Source: Lama guanicoe (Eukaryota). Taken from it: 64,000 bases of DNA. The number at the start of each line of letters is the position of its first letter. Position 1 is the stretch's first letter. Below, piece after piece: positions 52,440-64,000 of this stretch. The DNA lies in the NCBI GenBank assembly GCA_013239625.1, contig MU054323.1, positions 13,811,950 to 13,875,949 of the forward strand. Direction: 5' to 3'. The notes below the pieces were generated by a model, which saw only the letters and a program-made list of their open reading frames with translations, was not told the DNA's origin and ran no database searches. The position numbers were made by a program, and so were the translations under genes.

Positions 52440-53060
52440 GATTTGATGATGCTACCTCTGTTACCTCACTCAAATCTGCCCTGGCACCTCTATCCTACTA
52501 TAAGTGGCATAATTCAGGCCCTCATACCTCTCCTCTGAATTACTACCTCCAACTCTTCATGTCTCTAATTTGTTTTACCTTTCTTAGCCAGATTAATCTT
52601 CCTGAAGCACAAATCAGATTGTGTCACTATTTATCTCAGAAACCCCAAATGATTCCCCTTTGCCTGGAGAGTAAGGTCTAATCGTAGTCAGTCGATAGCC
52701 TTCAGCTTCATTTATCTCTGCCACTCTCGTCCCCTCCCACTTGTACTCAACTACCTCCTTTCATGGAGGGTTGCCATATAATAATATGCAGAATACCCAG
52801 TTAATTTGAATTTTCAAATAGACAATGAGTAACTTATATGAATATATCCCAGATACTTCATGGGAAGTACTCATACTATAAAAATGATTCATAATATGAA
52901 ATTTAAGTTTAACTGAGTGTCCTATACTTTTGCTTGCTTTATCTGGCAGCCGTACTTCCATGCCAGATACCTTTACTGGATTCAGATATTTTTTGTTTTC
53001 TATATGTACCTCATGCTTTTCAGCTTTTCTGGTGTTGTCAGAATTACCTCCTAACTTCCT
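52440..53060 (+). mobile_element. L2 fragment interrupted by MER53
   Basis: ttcaggccctcatacctctcctctgaattact...agccagattaatcttcctgaagcacaaatcagattgtgtcact...aatgattcccctttgcct. Confidence 0.75.
52766..52954. mobile_element. MER53-like palindromic hAT MITE with 8-bp TSD
   Basis: TIRs agggttgcca / tggcagccgt; internal arms cccagttaatttgaatttt vs gaaatttaagtttaactgag; centre tcccagatacttcatggga; TSD ctttcatg (52758-52765) / cttccatg (52955-52962). Confidence 0.88.
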
Positions 53061-53149
53061 AGATGCCATAAATGGAAGTGTAGAATATAGCACATAACTG
53101 TTCACTCTCTTTAGTCAACATTACATAGAAGAAATGATATAGATGAGAC

Positions 53150-53350
53150 GTACTCAGATTAGCATTATGACTTCAACTGGGCCATCTCTATGACCTTTGG
53201 ACAACTATTTAGCTTTTATAGGCTTCAGTTTCACTATCTACAGAAAGAGGATAATAACAACTTCAAGTGATTATTTTAAGGTTATGTATGAAATTTTATA
53301 AAGTCTTTCTAAAAATATGTAGTTCATAGGAGGGGTTCAATAAATGACAA
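53150..53350 (+). mobile_element. MIR SINE
   Basis: tatgacctttggacaactatt...gcttcagtttcactatctacagaaagaggataataaca...ggttcaataaatg. Confidence 0.75.
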
Positions 53351-56319
53351 TACCTTCTCAACTTTCTTACATCAATTCTTCTTAAACTTGAGTAATCTCA
53401 AAGTTTCCCAGATATACTTGTGTATTCCAGTGTAAGAAACACTTGATTAAACAGGTGGTCATTTCATACCTTACACATAAATACTAATCAGACTTAAGCA
53501 ATGAAAGTCTGTGGCAAAGCATGGTTACTAGAGGTTTATCTAGATAATCTGGACTCTCAACAAAATGCAAAGGCAATATTTAAACACTATCATAAACAAC
53601 TTTATGGAATCACAGAAATAAACCAACAGATCCTTATTGGAGGAACATTGTATTCTATCTTATTTGTATACATGCTTTACTCTCTACTAGACTGGTTGTC
53701 TTTGGCCAGGCTACATATTTGGGTCGTTGTTTGTTCTATATGGACTATTCTGTAGAGCAGAAACTTATATTTGTTAATTGAAGGGCTAACTAACTGGCTG
53801 AATATATAAATATTGACCTCAAATACAAAGGTATAGGCTTTAAATGATGACTTAAATGTATATTTAGCAATACCATTTGCATCCAAGGCCCCTTCTTTGT
53901 TTTTTTTTAAGGCCCCTTCTTGATAGTGTATTTACACCACCTCTTCTGGATAGACAATGGGTTATGTCACTTTGGCCATGGTTTACTGGACCTCTGACCT
54001 GGCTGGCATGTGCTGAGTCAACCAGATTTTCTCTTGCAGGTTGTGGATATTATTGTCAATCTCTGATGGGTATTTAAAGTGTTGTCTGGCTCTCATGGAG
54101 CGTCTTATTCTACTGGGAGAAGCAGATAATATTATTCTTCAGAAGGTGATAGTAATGGGGCAGCCACTGAGTTGGGGACTAGAGAAACTGCAAAAGAAAC
54201 CTGTGACTCAGGCTTTCCACCACTTGACTTAGTCCCTTATGGCAATAAGGACGTAACTATTTTTGTTACAGAAAGTTTTAGGCTATTTTTTGTTACTTGC
54301 AGTCAGATAACCTCCAATTAAAGCACTTGGGTCAAAATGGGAAATTGACTACACCTTTCAAGACAGCTGCACAGACTGGTAAGGATTAACAGTGAGCACG
54401 GTGAATTTTAGAGCTGACTGTGTGCGTGTGTTGCATCAAGGCAGAGGAAACTTAAAGGAAAGCAAGAAGGAAAGGTAGCCAGGTGAGAGAAAGGACCACT
54501 GATTGGCTAAGTAGATATCAGAATACTTGGCGGAAGTTGTCCAATGCAATTCTTCACTCAGTTTGTAGTAAATGATCTGTACGTTCTTCATGTTCCCATG
54601 AAATGTTTGGAAAACTATTTGCTAAACTTTGAATGTGAATATCTTAGTTATAATGAATGTGCAGGACAAATATATTGGGTGGCAAGACTGATACCTGGTA
54701 TGACTAAATGCAGCAGTAGGATCCAGGCTTGGATCTCAAATATGCTGGCCTATTGCTTTAGTTTTCATTTGAAGAAAGGGTTTCACAGATAAAAATTGTT
54801 ATAAAACAGGCATAATACAGAAGAGCCTTGGACAAAGAATTGAAAGATACGGGATGACGCTCAAGATCCCTCACATCTTTGTTATGTCTTGGGTCATATT
54901 ACTGATAGAGTAATCCTGGAAAATATTAGAAGGTTTTTATGAAGTTCAAATATTAACAAGAGAATGAAAGCAGTTTATAAACCATAAAGAGCTACAAAGG
55001 TTAGAGATGGTGTTTAGGTTTACAGTTTAGATTATGAGCTCCTTTTGTTTCTTTCTGTTTCCCAATGTCTGGCATAGCAGCCATAATAACATAAGAGGTT
55101 CTCATAAATTGATTGTTGAAGAAAGGAACCCGGCTTCAGGATCACATATGTATTTTGTAAAAATGTAAGTAAACCAGTCTCAAAGAGTTCACTGACAAAG
55201 AAGATGCAAACTGTGCTTGTCTACTAGGGAACAAAGGATAGGAAATAGCAACAGAATTGATTTAGGTTAGAGTCACGTCCCAGCAGTGAGAATGGTAGCA
55301 GAGGAAGTTGAATATCTCTTCCCTAGAGAGTCTAAAGAGATTGGATTTTGTTCTCTTTGGAGCAATTTAAATCTAATCTTGATGAACTTGAAGATCTCTC
55401 AGCATCTTTTCTATCCCTTTAATCTTAGGATTAAAATGAACCTAAAATCTTCTTTACTACTGGGACAGCAATTGATGTCTTCTGTATGGGCTTAGATAAC
55501 TCTGATTCAGTAGGAAATGTCTAACAAATGCACAGCAGCATACATGTCACTTGGTTGGTTTCTCAGCTATTTTGAGTATATTTATTATAAGCATTTCTGA
55601 GGTATAATTCTAAAAGGCTTAAAACAATCTGTGGACCTTTTTACCTCCAATCTGTGGGCATATAGCCATTCCTCTTGGCCTTTGATGTAAATAATAAAGA
55701 AGGAATATGACTTAGTGCTCTTATGACTAATTTAATGTAGGTTGCTTTTACTTATGGAACAGCATGGACTCCATGTATTTTAGTGACTTTATATAAACAT
55801 GTAAACAATGCATCCCAGTTTCTGACTGTGATAGGTTTTAAAATGATGGTGACATATAGACCAGAAGTTATAGCATTTATACAGTATAGTTCACTTTGTA
55901 GTCTTTCTGGACAGATGACTCTTGCTCTTAGAAGTATCTTCAGGTTGGAGCAAGACAGCCTCCTGTCCTATACCCTGCACTTTAGAGGATCCTGAGTATC
56001 ACAGAAACACACTCAGAGTACGTTTGTTTGTTTAAGAACATATGGTTATTTCTGTCACTTAGGATCCAGGACTCATACTGGCACAATGCAGTCTGAAACC
56101 ATGAGCATCCATTCTCATCAAACACTGTTCAGCCCTCAGGAAAGTACTTCTCTACATCTTGCCCTATATTTTCAAAACAAAAGGTAGCCATATCCAAATG
56201 CCTATAAAGGTTTGTGAGACATGCTCATGCCAGTGTCACAGATGGACTGTGCTTTGGAAATCAGAGAGACTTTGAGTGGCAAATACACATAGATGAAAGA
56301 AAAGGCACATAATTTGCAT

Positions 56320-56845
56320 CAGTCTGGGTTTGTGTTGATTGGAACCACTCTAGATATTATGGGAAACAATGCCAATGAAAGGAGTTAGAATTTCTATGAT
56401 TTTTTTGAAGAGCTGAGAGAGTGAATATTGGCAGTCTTTAGCTGGAAGGTCAGGGAAATAGTCACTAATTACCTCAGCCTGAGGTTCTAAAGCATGTAAT
56501 TCTTAAAGGATTTGATTGCCTGAGAATTGCTGCAATCTCAGTATCTCTGGGAAAGTTCCTGTCAACTATCAGGTTATCACAAAAATGTGGGTACATCTGG
56601 AATGCCTGGGAAATCACCGAATATCCTTCAGATCCATGAATCTGGTTATCATGAACTCCCAAGAATAATGATTTCTCCATTCTGCCTGCAGAATATCACA
56701 TGAGTCTCTCTCATTGGCAATCTCTAACCCAGAACCATACAAAATAGTGGATCCTGAAAAATGTGATTACTTCCTGGCTACTCTTCTGCATTGCATATGA
56801 GGGGAATAGGGACAGTGCTGAGTTGACAGTCAGCCATTCAACACA
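56320..56845 (-). mobile_element. ERVL-class 3' LTR (LTR33/LTR16-like)
   Basis: Directly abuts gttcacccttttatcaactc, the reverse complement of an ERVL polypurine tract (gttgataaaagggtgaac-TG); contains ctctcattggcaatctctaacccagaacc. Confidence 0.6.
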
Positions 56846-58850
56846 GTTCACCCTTTTATCAACTCAACATCCAAGTGCAATACTTCTCCTTATATATTTG
56901 ATTTCTGAATAAAGACACATATAATGTATTGCTTCCAACTAATATGATGCAATTAACCTTTAATTCAAGTGCAGAAACATTCATCTTCCCAAAAAGGAAG
57001 GCAGAAAGGCTCATATGCCATTTCTGATGGTCCGTGACTTGAGTATTGAAATACAGAGTTGACTACTATGAGCATAATTTATATTTCATAATGAAAGATA
57101 CAAAGAAAGCTTAAATTATGCAAATATATACATATCAAAGAATAAAGAATATATGGGCAGTTTGTAGCTCTTTTCTGCAGCTTGTCATTTGGCCATCGTT
57201 GTTATTTGTAACTTCCCGCTTCTGCTATCCATAATCCCTTTGTCCTAAGCAAGTATATCATATTTTTTTGCCTAATAGGAACACAGAATTGGTATCCATG
57301 TTGCTGAACCCTCAGCAGTGGATGTAGCCACACCAGTAATGGGGAATGAAAACTCATATTTTTAATCTCCATAATCTCCAGCCATAGTTGATATTCACAG
57401 AATAGAACATTTGTCCACCTAATTGTTCAGTGTCTCCTCTCTGTGTTTACCCTGCTCTCATTACATGACACAGAAATAACCCCTACATTTTGTGCCTATT
57501 CTGAAAGACCCATCCATATACCTCTTCTCCTGAGCAGCTTTTCTAATTTTTGAATCTTATTCTTTTCAAATCTCTGGTCTTCAGCTAAATTTTTAGTGAC
57601 TAACAGACAGAAAGGTGTAGATTTATACTTCTGTTTTCCAGTCAATCTCATCTTTTGAGCGTATCTAACTTAAAATTCTAATGCTTAAATGTCTACCTAC
57701 AAGAAAGATATTCCTTATATAGCTCCCCTTTGGTACTTACTACTGCCTTCCATTTCTGGATAATTTTAGATAATCTTTTGGAACTATCTGTATATCATGC
57801 CCATCTATTTTCCCTTCTTAGGAAAGTCGTCAATAGGGGAGTCTTCATGAGACCATGATATGAGGTGAGGGAGAAGAGGCAATGCACCATGAGACTCTAA
57901 ATCATTGTTTCATGGCAGCTTATGTGTGGCTTCCTTCAGGAGCCCAGTATTTTGCACATACCACTTCCACCTGATGATGGACTCCTGCCACCTGTGTCAA
58001 TCTTTATTGCCTGGTGGTTCACACAGCACTTAGCTTATGATGGGGAGTAACTCTCTGGCTCATGGTCAGTTATTCAGAGTCCAGTGTACAGCAGAAGCTG
58101 TGTGTCAAAAGAGAATGGTTTTCTGCAGAAGAGGACATGATTTACTCAAGAATCCCTGAATCTGCATGATGATTGCTTTTTTAAGCACAATACCCTTGGC
58201 TTAGTATGACTGTGGAGCCTACTTTTAGAAGGGAAAGGTCTCAAGTAATTTCTTTCCACGTAGAACTCAGCTTAACCTGCTCAGTCATGTGGTCCTGAGG
58301 CCATAGGGATTCCATTACCAAGAAATGGAAAATAATCATATACCTCCAGTCATTATTTCCTTAGAGGTTAACAAAAGAATGAGCCAGCTGTAATAAGACA
58401 ATGTCTGAATACCAAAGTGTAACAAAGGTTAAACTTACAGCTCTAAGCAAAATAATCATTAGGAATTCATCTGAGCAATAGATCTTATTAAACCAGCACA
58501 AAGTAAAGAACAAAATTATCAGTGGCAAGAAAATAAGAAAAAGATTTAGTGCATGTCTATTCATACTCCTAGTCATGGAGTGTGACACAAAGGACTTGGA
58601 AACAAGCTATCCACATTCAAAAGCTGTTTACTTCATCTAAGGATCTTAGTATAGGTGTCTACTCTTGTGGCTCATCTGCTTCTGAAGGCTTTTTAGTTAG
58701 CTTTCAGTGAAATCCCTAGTATGAGTATAGATTCATTGGGAAAATATTTTATCTTACTTGTATTGGGCTCAATTCCTTGATATTTAATAGCAGTAAGAGT
58801 AATTAAAAGTACCAAAGTCATACCTCGGAGCTAGGTTCTGGTGTGGGTAT
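56846..58850 (-). mobile_element. Degenerate ERVL internal region with pol remnant
   Basis: Minus-strand translation at ~57900-58160 gives GFLSK/MSSSAENHS, PIIS*VLCEPPGNK and QESIIRWKWYVQ, resembling ERVL pol GFWSKAMPSSAENYS...PIM.WVLSDPPSHK...QQSIIKWKWYI, with frameshifts and stops. Confidence 0.8.
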
Positions 58851-60998
58851 ATGCTGATGTGTTTTCTAATAGACCCACTCACTAGATTAAAGATCATGGG
58901 AAGCATTAGGTTTTGTTTTGGAGAGTAAGGCTATATTCATGGCACTGAGAACCTATTACACTAATCATAACCCTAATACTATCCTCTGCCCACCCAGGAA
59001 AACAGGAGATATGTAATGTCATAGTATATGACAGAGAATTAATTTTTTATTTCATTCTTCTGATAGATTCTGGTTTTAATGGGTATTGGGTAAGTTTGTG
59101 GAATGGGTTTATGGGTCTGTATTTGCATTTTGACTGTTTTTGTTTAGAATGTATGGTGTATATCTATAGATCTGTTCCTTTATAGGCCAGAGAAACAGTC
59201 TATTTTGGGGGCTGTTAGGAGGAAGGGAATGTGAAGATACAGAAATTATAACCTAACTTTATAGTGCCATTATAGCCTAGCTTTATCTAGTTCATTAGAC
59301 TTTTTAAAGTAATTCTTTCTGAAATGAACTGTATTTTGCCATTTCATTTACAAAAAAATTCTACCCAGTAATTTAACCAGAGTAGAGTTGTGTAGAAGAA
59401 AAACATACTTTTTAAGTTCTTTTATTAAGAGTCTAATGGAAATAGATAAGGAGGCAGAATCAGGCAAATTTGGAGTAGTAGTAGAAATTCCCAATGACAA
59501 TTACACTCTAATTTACTTTGGGAGATTTCTTAAGGTATAGTAGAGTGGCTTTGTGTAGGAATAATGAAACTTGCATCCAATAGAAATGTCAGGATTTGCC
59601 TTAAACAGTTATGCTAAGCTTACTCTGAAATAACCACTGGAGAAAGCTATTTGTGAAGATATGCCCTGGAAGAACCTTCACTGGGTCCCAAATAGGACAT
59701 GTCATCAGCTTTTTAAATCATTTTTGAGCCTTCATAGGGCTTTCTCTTTTCCAATGTCCAAATTATTTCTGGTTTCTTTGATAAATTTCTTGTTATGTGT
59801 TAATATTTCAGAAGGACCCTTTTGAAAAGGGAATTTATTGTTTCCAATGCTCTTGGTCATCTTGACTCAATTATTTAATTTGTAATGCTGTAAGCTTTTT
59901 CCTTTTCTTTTGTTCTTCTTTAAGAGTCTTGATAGTGCTCATCTATCTTTGGTAATTCCAGATGAACCACTTGCCAATCTCAAATTCACCAAATTATTTT
60001 ATTATTTCTGTTTAAAATCCAGATAAGGTACCAGAATATTGTTTAAAAGTATTAATGAGACTTTTTTTTAAGTACTCAGTTGATTCAAGTATCTTTTTCT
60101 TATAGTTTTGAATACTTGTTCATACTAATTATACTAACATGTTAGTTAACCATAATAGGGAAGATCTGAGGAATGGTCCACAGTAATTTTCTTTTGAATC
60201 TAATTATTTGCTTTATCCAAGTCCTCTGATCTAATGGCTCATTAGGTTTCCAGTCTACTTTGAATAGTCATTTTTTTCTCCCTCTGATATGGTAACCAAG
60301 AATCTATTAAATTGATGTAAAGCTGGCAATCTAGGGTATCGAAATATAACAGTATTCTAGATTTCTCCTTAAATTTTTGCTTATCACCTATAAACTTGTG
60401 AAATTATTTAACTATATTGTGAAGCTTAGCATGGGACTAAGGCTTAAATACTTAAGAGGTGAGCAAATTCCTACTGGGTGTTGGAGAGAAAGCCGTTTTT
60501 TTGCTAAGGGTGTGTGCTCAGCTACTGGAAAAGATACAGGGTTTTGTGAGAGTAGGGCAGGAACAATGGCTAAGTAAGTGTCCGTTGGAACTGCCGTGGC
60601 TAAGGCAGCTGCAAAATAATTTCAAGTCCTCTTCATAAGAGTCTTTATCATCAATGTCAATGGAAGGGGAAGATTTTAGTGTTCAGGTTTTTCCTGCATT
60701 TTCTTTGTTAAGTTGAACAGGGAATCTTGTGAAAAGTGGGGAAAAAAACTACATGAGACTCTAAATTGATACAGAGAAGATTCAGTGTACCAGTCAAATA
60801 AATTGGCTCATTAGGCATTTGATATCTCCCTTGAGTTCAAACTCACTTCATATGTGCAGGATTGTGTTAAAGGCACAATTACTAACTGTAGATCAGGGGA
60901 AATTTGGGTTGTCTCAAATAAAGGAATGCTTTTTAGCTAAATACAGAATTGTGATTATAATGAGAATATGGTACCTTGGCATATTGCATATTTTAAGC

Positions 60999-61420
60999 TG
61001 AAGGAATTTGAGCAGTGACATGTGCAATACAGACTTATTGACACTTCCCTGAAGCAGGGCATAAAACCCTCATATGAGAGGTACCCTCTCTGTATCTGGA
61101 TGAAAGGAGCAGCATCCTTATCTCTCTTCATTCAGAGAGGAACCTGAACAAACAAGCCTTGCTAAGTTTCCCCAGTTTACTAGAATTAGTGCAGACTCTG
61201 TCCTATCATATCTTTTCATGACTTTCCATTCTTCATCAAACCTAGCATAAAACTCTCAGGTTTAACCATTTCTTAAGGTCTTCATTTCCTTACAAAGACT
61301 CCCGTGTCATGTAGAACTTGAACAAATTCGTATGCTTTTCTCTTGTTAATCTGTCTTTTTATAGGGGTCCCAGATGAGAACTTAAAAGGGTAGAAAAAAA
61401 GATATTTTCTCTCCTGTACA
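60999..61420 (+). mobile_element. MER34-like ERV1 solo LTR with perfect 5-bp TSD
   Basis: TG...CA termini; TAAGC at 60994-60998 and 61421-61425; tail gcttttctcttgttaatctgtcttttataggggtcccagatgagaactt...gatattttctctcctgtaca. Confidence 0.9.
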
Positions 61421-62639
61421 TAAGCAAACTGGGGTTTTAAGGTAAGATGGGGGAACATCTTGTAATTAATTGCACCCACTAATACGCAAAAAGATAGTCA
61501 GTAGAAGATGATTTAAAGATTTCGTCATCAGCGAAAGCATAGTAATATCAGTGGAATAGTATAGGACATGACACCTTTTTTCAACCATATAGCTAAGGTT
61601 GGCCTACAGTCTTTTTGCTGCAGCCCCTGTAACCTGGTTCTTAAGAACTGTAGGTCACCAGAGGTTATCTGGAATCCTGACGGATATACCCATAACAAAG
61701 ACAGGTACCACCTCTTTAACACTTGCTTCCAGTGGAGAGAACCACATAGCCGTGAGATACAGTAATCTACATCATCATCAATCAGAAATAATCTAATCAT
61801 TCGCTGAGGGATGCAAAGTTTTCTAGTGTGGGGTGAGACTTATCCAAGGAGATCATGGGTATAAAGAAGAGTTTGCCTTTCTCTAGTAATACAGGCCAAT
61901 CAGCTCCAGTGGATTAGATCTCACAAGGACTTCTATAAAATTTAAATTTTTTTTTAGAAAACAATTGGGGGAGGATGTAGAATTTTTACTTGTATACAAG
62001 AGACATAAACTTTATAAAGGGGCTCATGACAGACTAATCAGTATTTAGGGCTTATCTTACTACACAGCAGTTGCTATTCTGATTGGATAACTTGGGTCAG
62101 TTTTGAAAGAAACTCGTAAGTTCCTATCTTCAGTAACAAATACCACAATTTTCCTGATTTCGTTAGGCAACAGTGTCTTGGAGGAATGTTCCTTCCATCT
62201 ATGGTGACTTCTTTTTATGGATTTCTTTGTAACTCATGGTTGGTACTCAGAAGTTTCTGCTATTCATTGTCTTTTTTGAAAAGTAAACCTTTTATTATTT
62301 TAGAAATGTAAATCTTTTCCTGACTGAAAAAAGCATTGACCTCAGTTAATGAAGTTTGCTAGATTGAGGGCAAATTATCTTTTTATCTTTTTCATTATTT
62401 CTTTTTTCCCCCACTGCTTCCCCTTCCTTGAGATTGAGAAGAGAAACATAGAGGAAACATGTTTTCATGGTCTACAATTTTGTCCTAAGTAAGATGTTTT
62501 TGTAGTGAGCCAGACCTGTACAATCGAGTGTTATAAATTAAGCATTTGTTCCAAGTCTCATGTTTATAATATACTAGAAATGTAGAATTTGGAATAAACA
62601 CTAAATTAAGATTTAGAACATTTAGGTTCTGATGTTAGG

Positions 62640-62805
62640 TTTACATTTTTGAGCTGACTAAACTTAGAGAAAACTCTTCTTGCTAAGTCTTAAGTTTTTC
62701 ATGTGTAAATAGAACAAATACACTGTTTTGTCCAACTCCAACTGATGATTGTGAGATACAGACACCTTGAAAACTAAGTATTATAGGATATGAGTTACCA
62801 TTTCA
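62640..62805 (+). mobile_element. MIR SINE (degenerate)
   Basis: gtcttaagtttttcatgtgtaaatag...gatgattgtgagata. Confidence 0.5.
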
Positions 62806-62879
62806 TTAAAAATAGAAAAGACAATGCCAAGGCAATGCATTTGTAGTGTTAAAGTAAATGAGAAAATTTACAAAATAAA

Positions 62880-63270
62880 CAAATCTAGATAGCCAGTAAA
62901 TATAGATACAGATACTATATTTCATTAGTAGTAAAAATGAAAATTAAATCAGTAAAGAAAATTTTTGCCATAAAATTAGCAAATATTTTTAAAATTATTA
63001 TTTCCATGGTGTCAGGAAACTTCAGGCCCTCATACAATGATAGGAGTTATAAATTTATAAACATTTCTAAAGGGATATTTGTAAAGTAATAAAATTCTTA
63101 AAACTATATGTACACTTTGACCGAGTAATTCAGTTTCTGGATTTTGTTTTCTATGAGGAAATCAGAAATATGCAAGATGAATGTGTAAGTAACTTTAACA
63201 TTAGAAACATCTGCAGAAAATTGGAGATGTTTTATGTAATCAGCTATAAATTAAAACACATTGTACATTC
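62880..63270 (+). mobile_element. Old L1ME/MC 3' fragment (sense orientation)
   Basis: aaattagcaaat...gccctcatacaatgataggagttataaatt...cactttgaccgagtaattcagtttctgga. Confidence 0.7.
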
Positions 63271-63279
63271 AATTCAACA

Positions 63280-63520
63280 TCCATTGTCATTCTTCTTACA
63301 GTCATTGATAAGCTCCCTTGTCACCACATCTCATTCCTTGTGATTTTATCTCCTGGCTCTCAATTATTCTCCTGAATATATTTCCTTTATATTTCTTTTT
63401 AACTCATTGTTTATAAACAGAATTGCTTCAGCTCTGACTTTTCAACTCCTTGACTTCTCCTCCAGTGATCTTTTCTGCCACAGTGTTTCAGCAATATACT
63501 ATTGTGGTCAATTCCTAGCA
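63280..63520 (+). mobile_element. L2 ORF fragment
   Basis: ctccttgacttctcctccagtgatctttt...tcagcaatatactattgtggtcaattcctag. Confidence 0.55.
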
Positions 63521-63738
63521 ACAGTGGTTTTCAAATTAGAGTAACTATATCCTGGAACACAAAAGACTTTCTCGAGGAATTCTTGGGTAATTTAAGAAAA
63601 TCACTTCCCAAATTCTCAACATTCATAGGTCTCTTTTCCTGTAATAGATTAGTTTGAGAACACGCTTGTAGTAAGTGTCATGTCAGTTATGCTCTTAAGT
63701 CTCCACTTCAGTAATTGCCTTCCTCCTATTTTACTATC

Positions 63739-63840
63739 TGTATTAATTTCTTATCACTGCTGTAAAAAAACCCCCATAAATGTAGTAAATTGATGCAACA
63801 GAAATTTATTATCTTATAGTTCTGGAGTACAAAATTCGGA
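63739..63840 (-). mobile_element. MLT1 LTR 3' end fragment
   Basis: tgtattaatttctt..actgctgtaa...caacagaaatttattatcttatagttctggag. Confidence 0.75.
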
Positions 63841-64000
63841 AATTATGTTTTGTGAGGCAACAAAATTGACTTAAAAAGAAATTGAACACCTATATGTTTT
63901 AGAAACCACCTCCAGGGCCAAATGGCTTCACAAGTGGATGGTATCAAATACTTAAGGGAGAAATTATATTTATTCTATAAAAACTCTCAGCAAATATCAA

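Noticed and set aside
2148..61800. Remaining 60-122 aa ORFs in the track
   Set aside because: Lengths are as expected by chance, many use non-ATG starts or lie in repeats, none has a recognisable domain, and there is no consistent coding exon chain
1..64000. tRNA, rRNA, snRNA genes, CpG-island promoter or processed pseudogene
   Set aside because: None recognised; no extended GC/CpG-rich island and no poly(A)-tailed mRNA-like insert seen

Overview
AT-rich, CpG-depleted placental-mammal genomic DNA, not prokaryotic, so the supplied ORF track is almost entirely spurious. Roughly half or more of the window is decayed interspersed repeat: nested L1 LINEs (nearly all on the minus strand), L2, MIR SINEs, MaLR/ERVL LTRs, an ERVL internal remnant with recognisable pol motifs, a MER34-like solo LTR with a perfect target-site duplication (TSD), a young CpG-rich ERV LTR fragment, and hAT MITEs (MER5, MER58, MER53). 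I saw no Alu, B1/B2, Bov-A/Bov-B, PRE-1 or Can-SINE. Together with the young L1 3' ends this suggests a cetartiodactyl, plausibly a camelid (inference). The first ~260 bp look like the end of a + strand gene (stop codon, short 3'UTR, AATAAA), but I cannot name it. No intact protein-coding gene, tRNA, rRNA or CRISPR array is supported. The best second-look items are a 53-nt hairpin overlapping a duplicated 19-mer at ~49.1/49.5 kb, candidate non-coding exons at 43-54 kb, a palindromic MER53, a young TSD-flanked L1 insertion and the young LTR fragment. I found no convincing novel biological system. Repeat subfamily names come from recalled consensus sequences and most boundaries are approximate.
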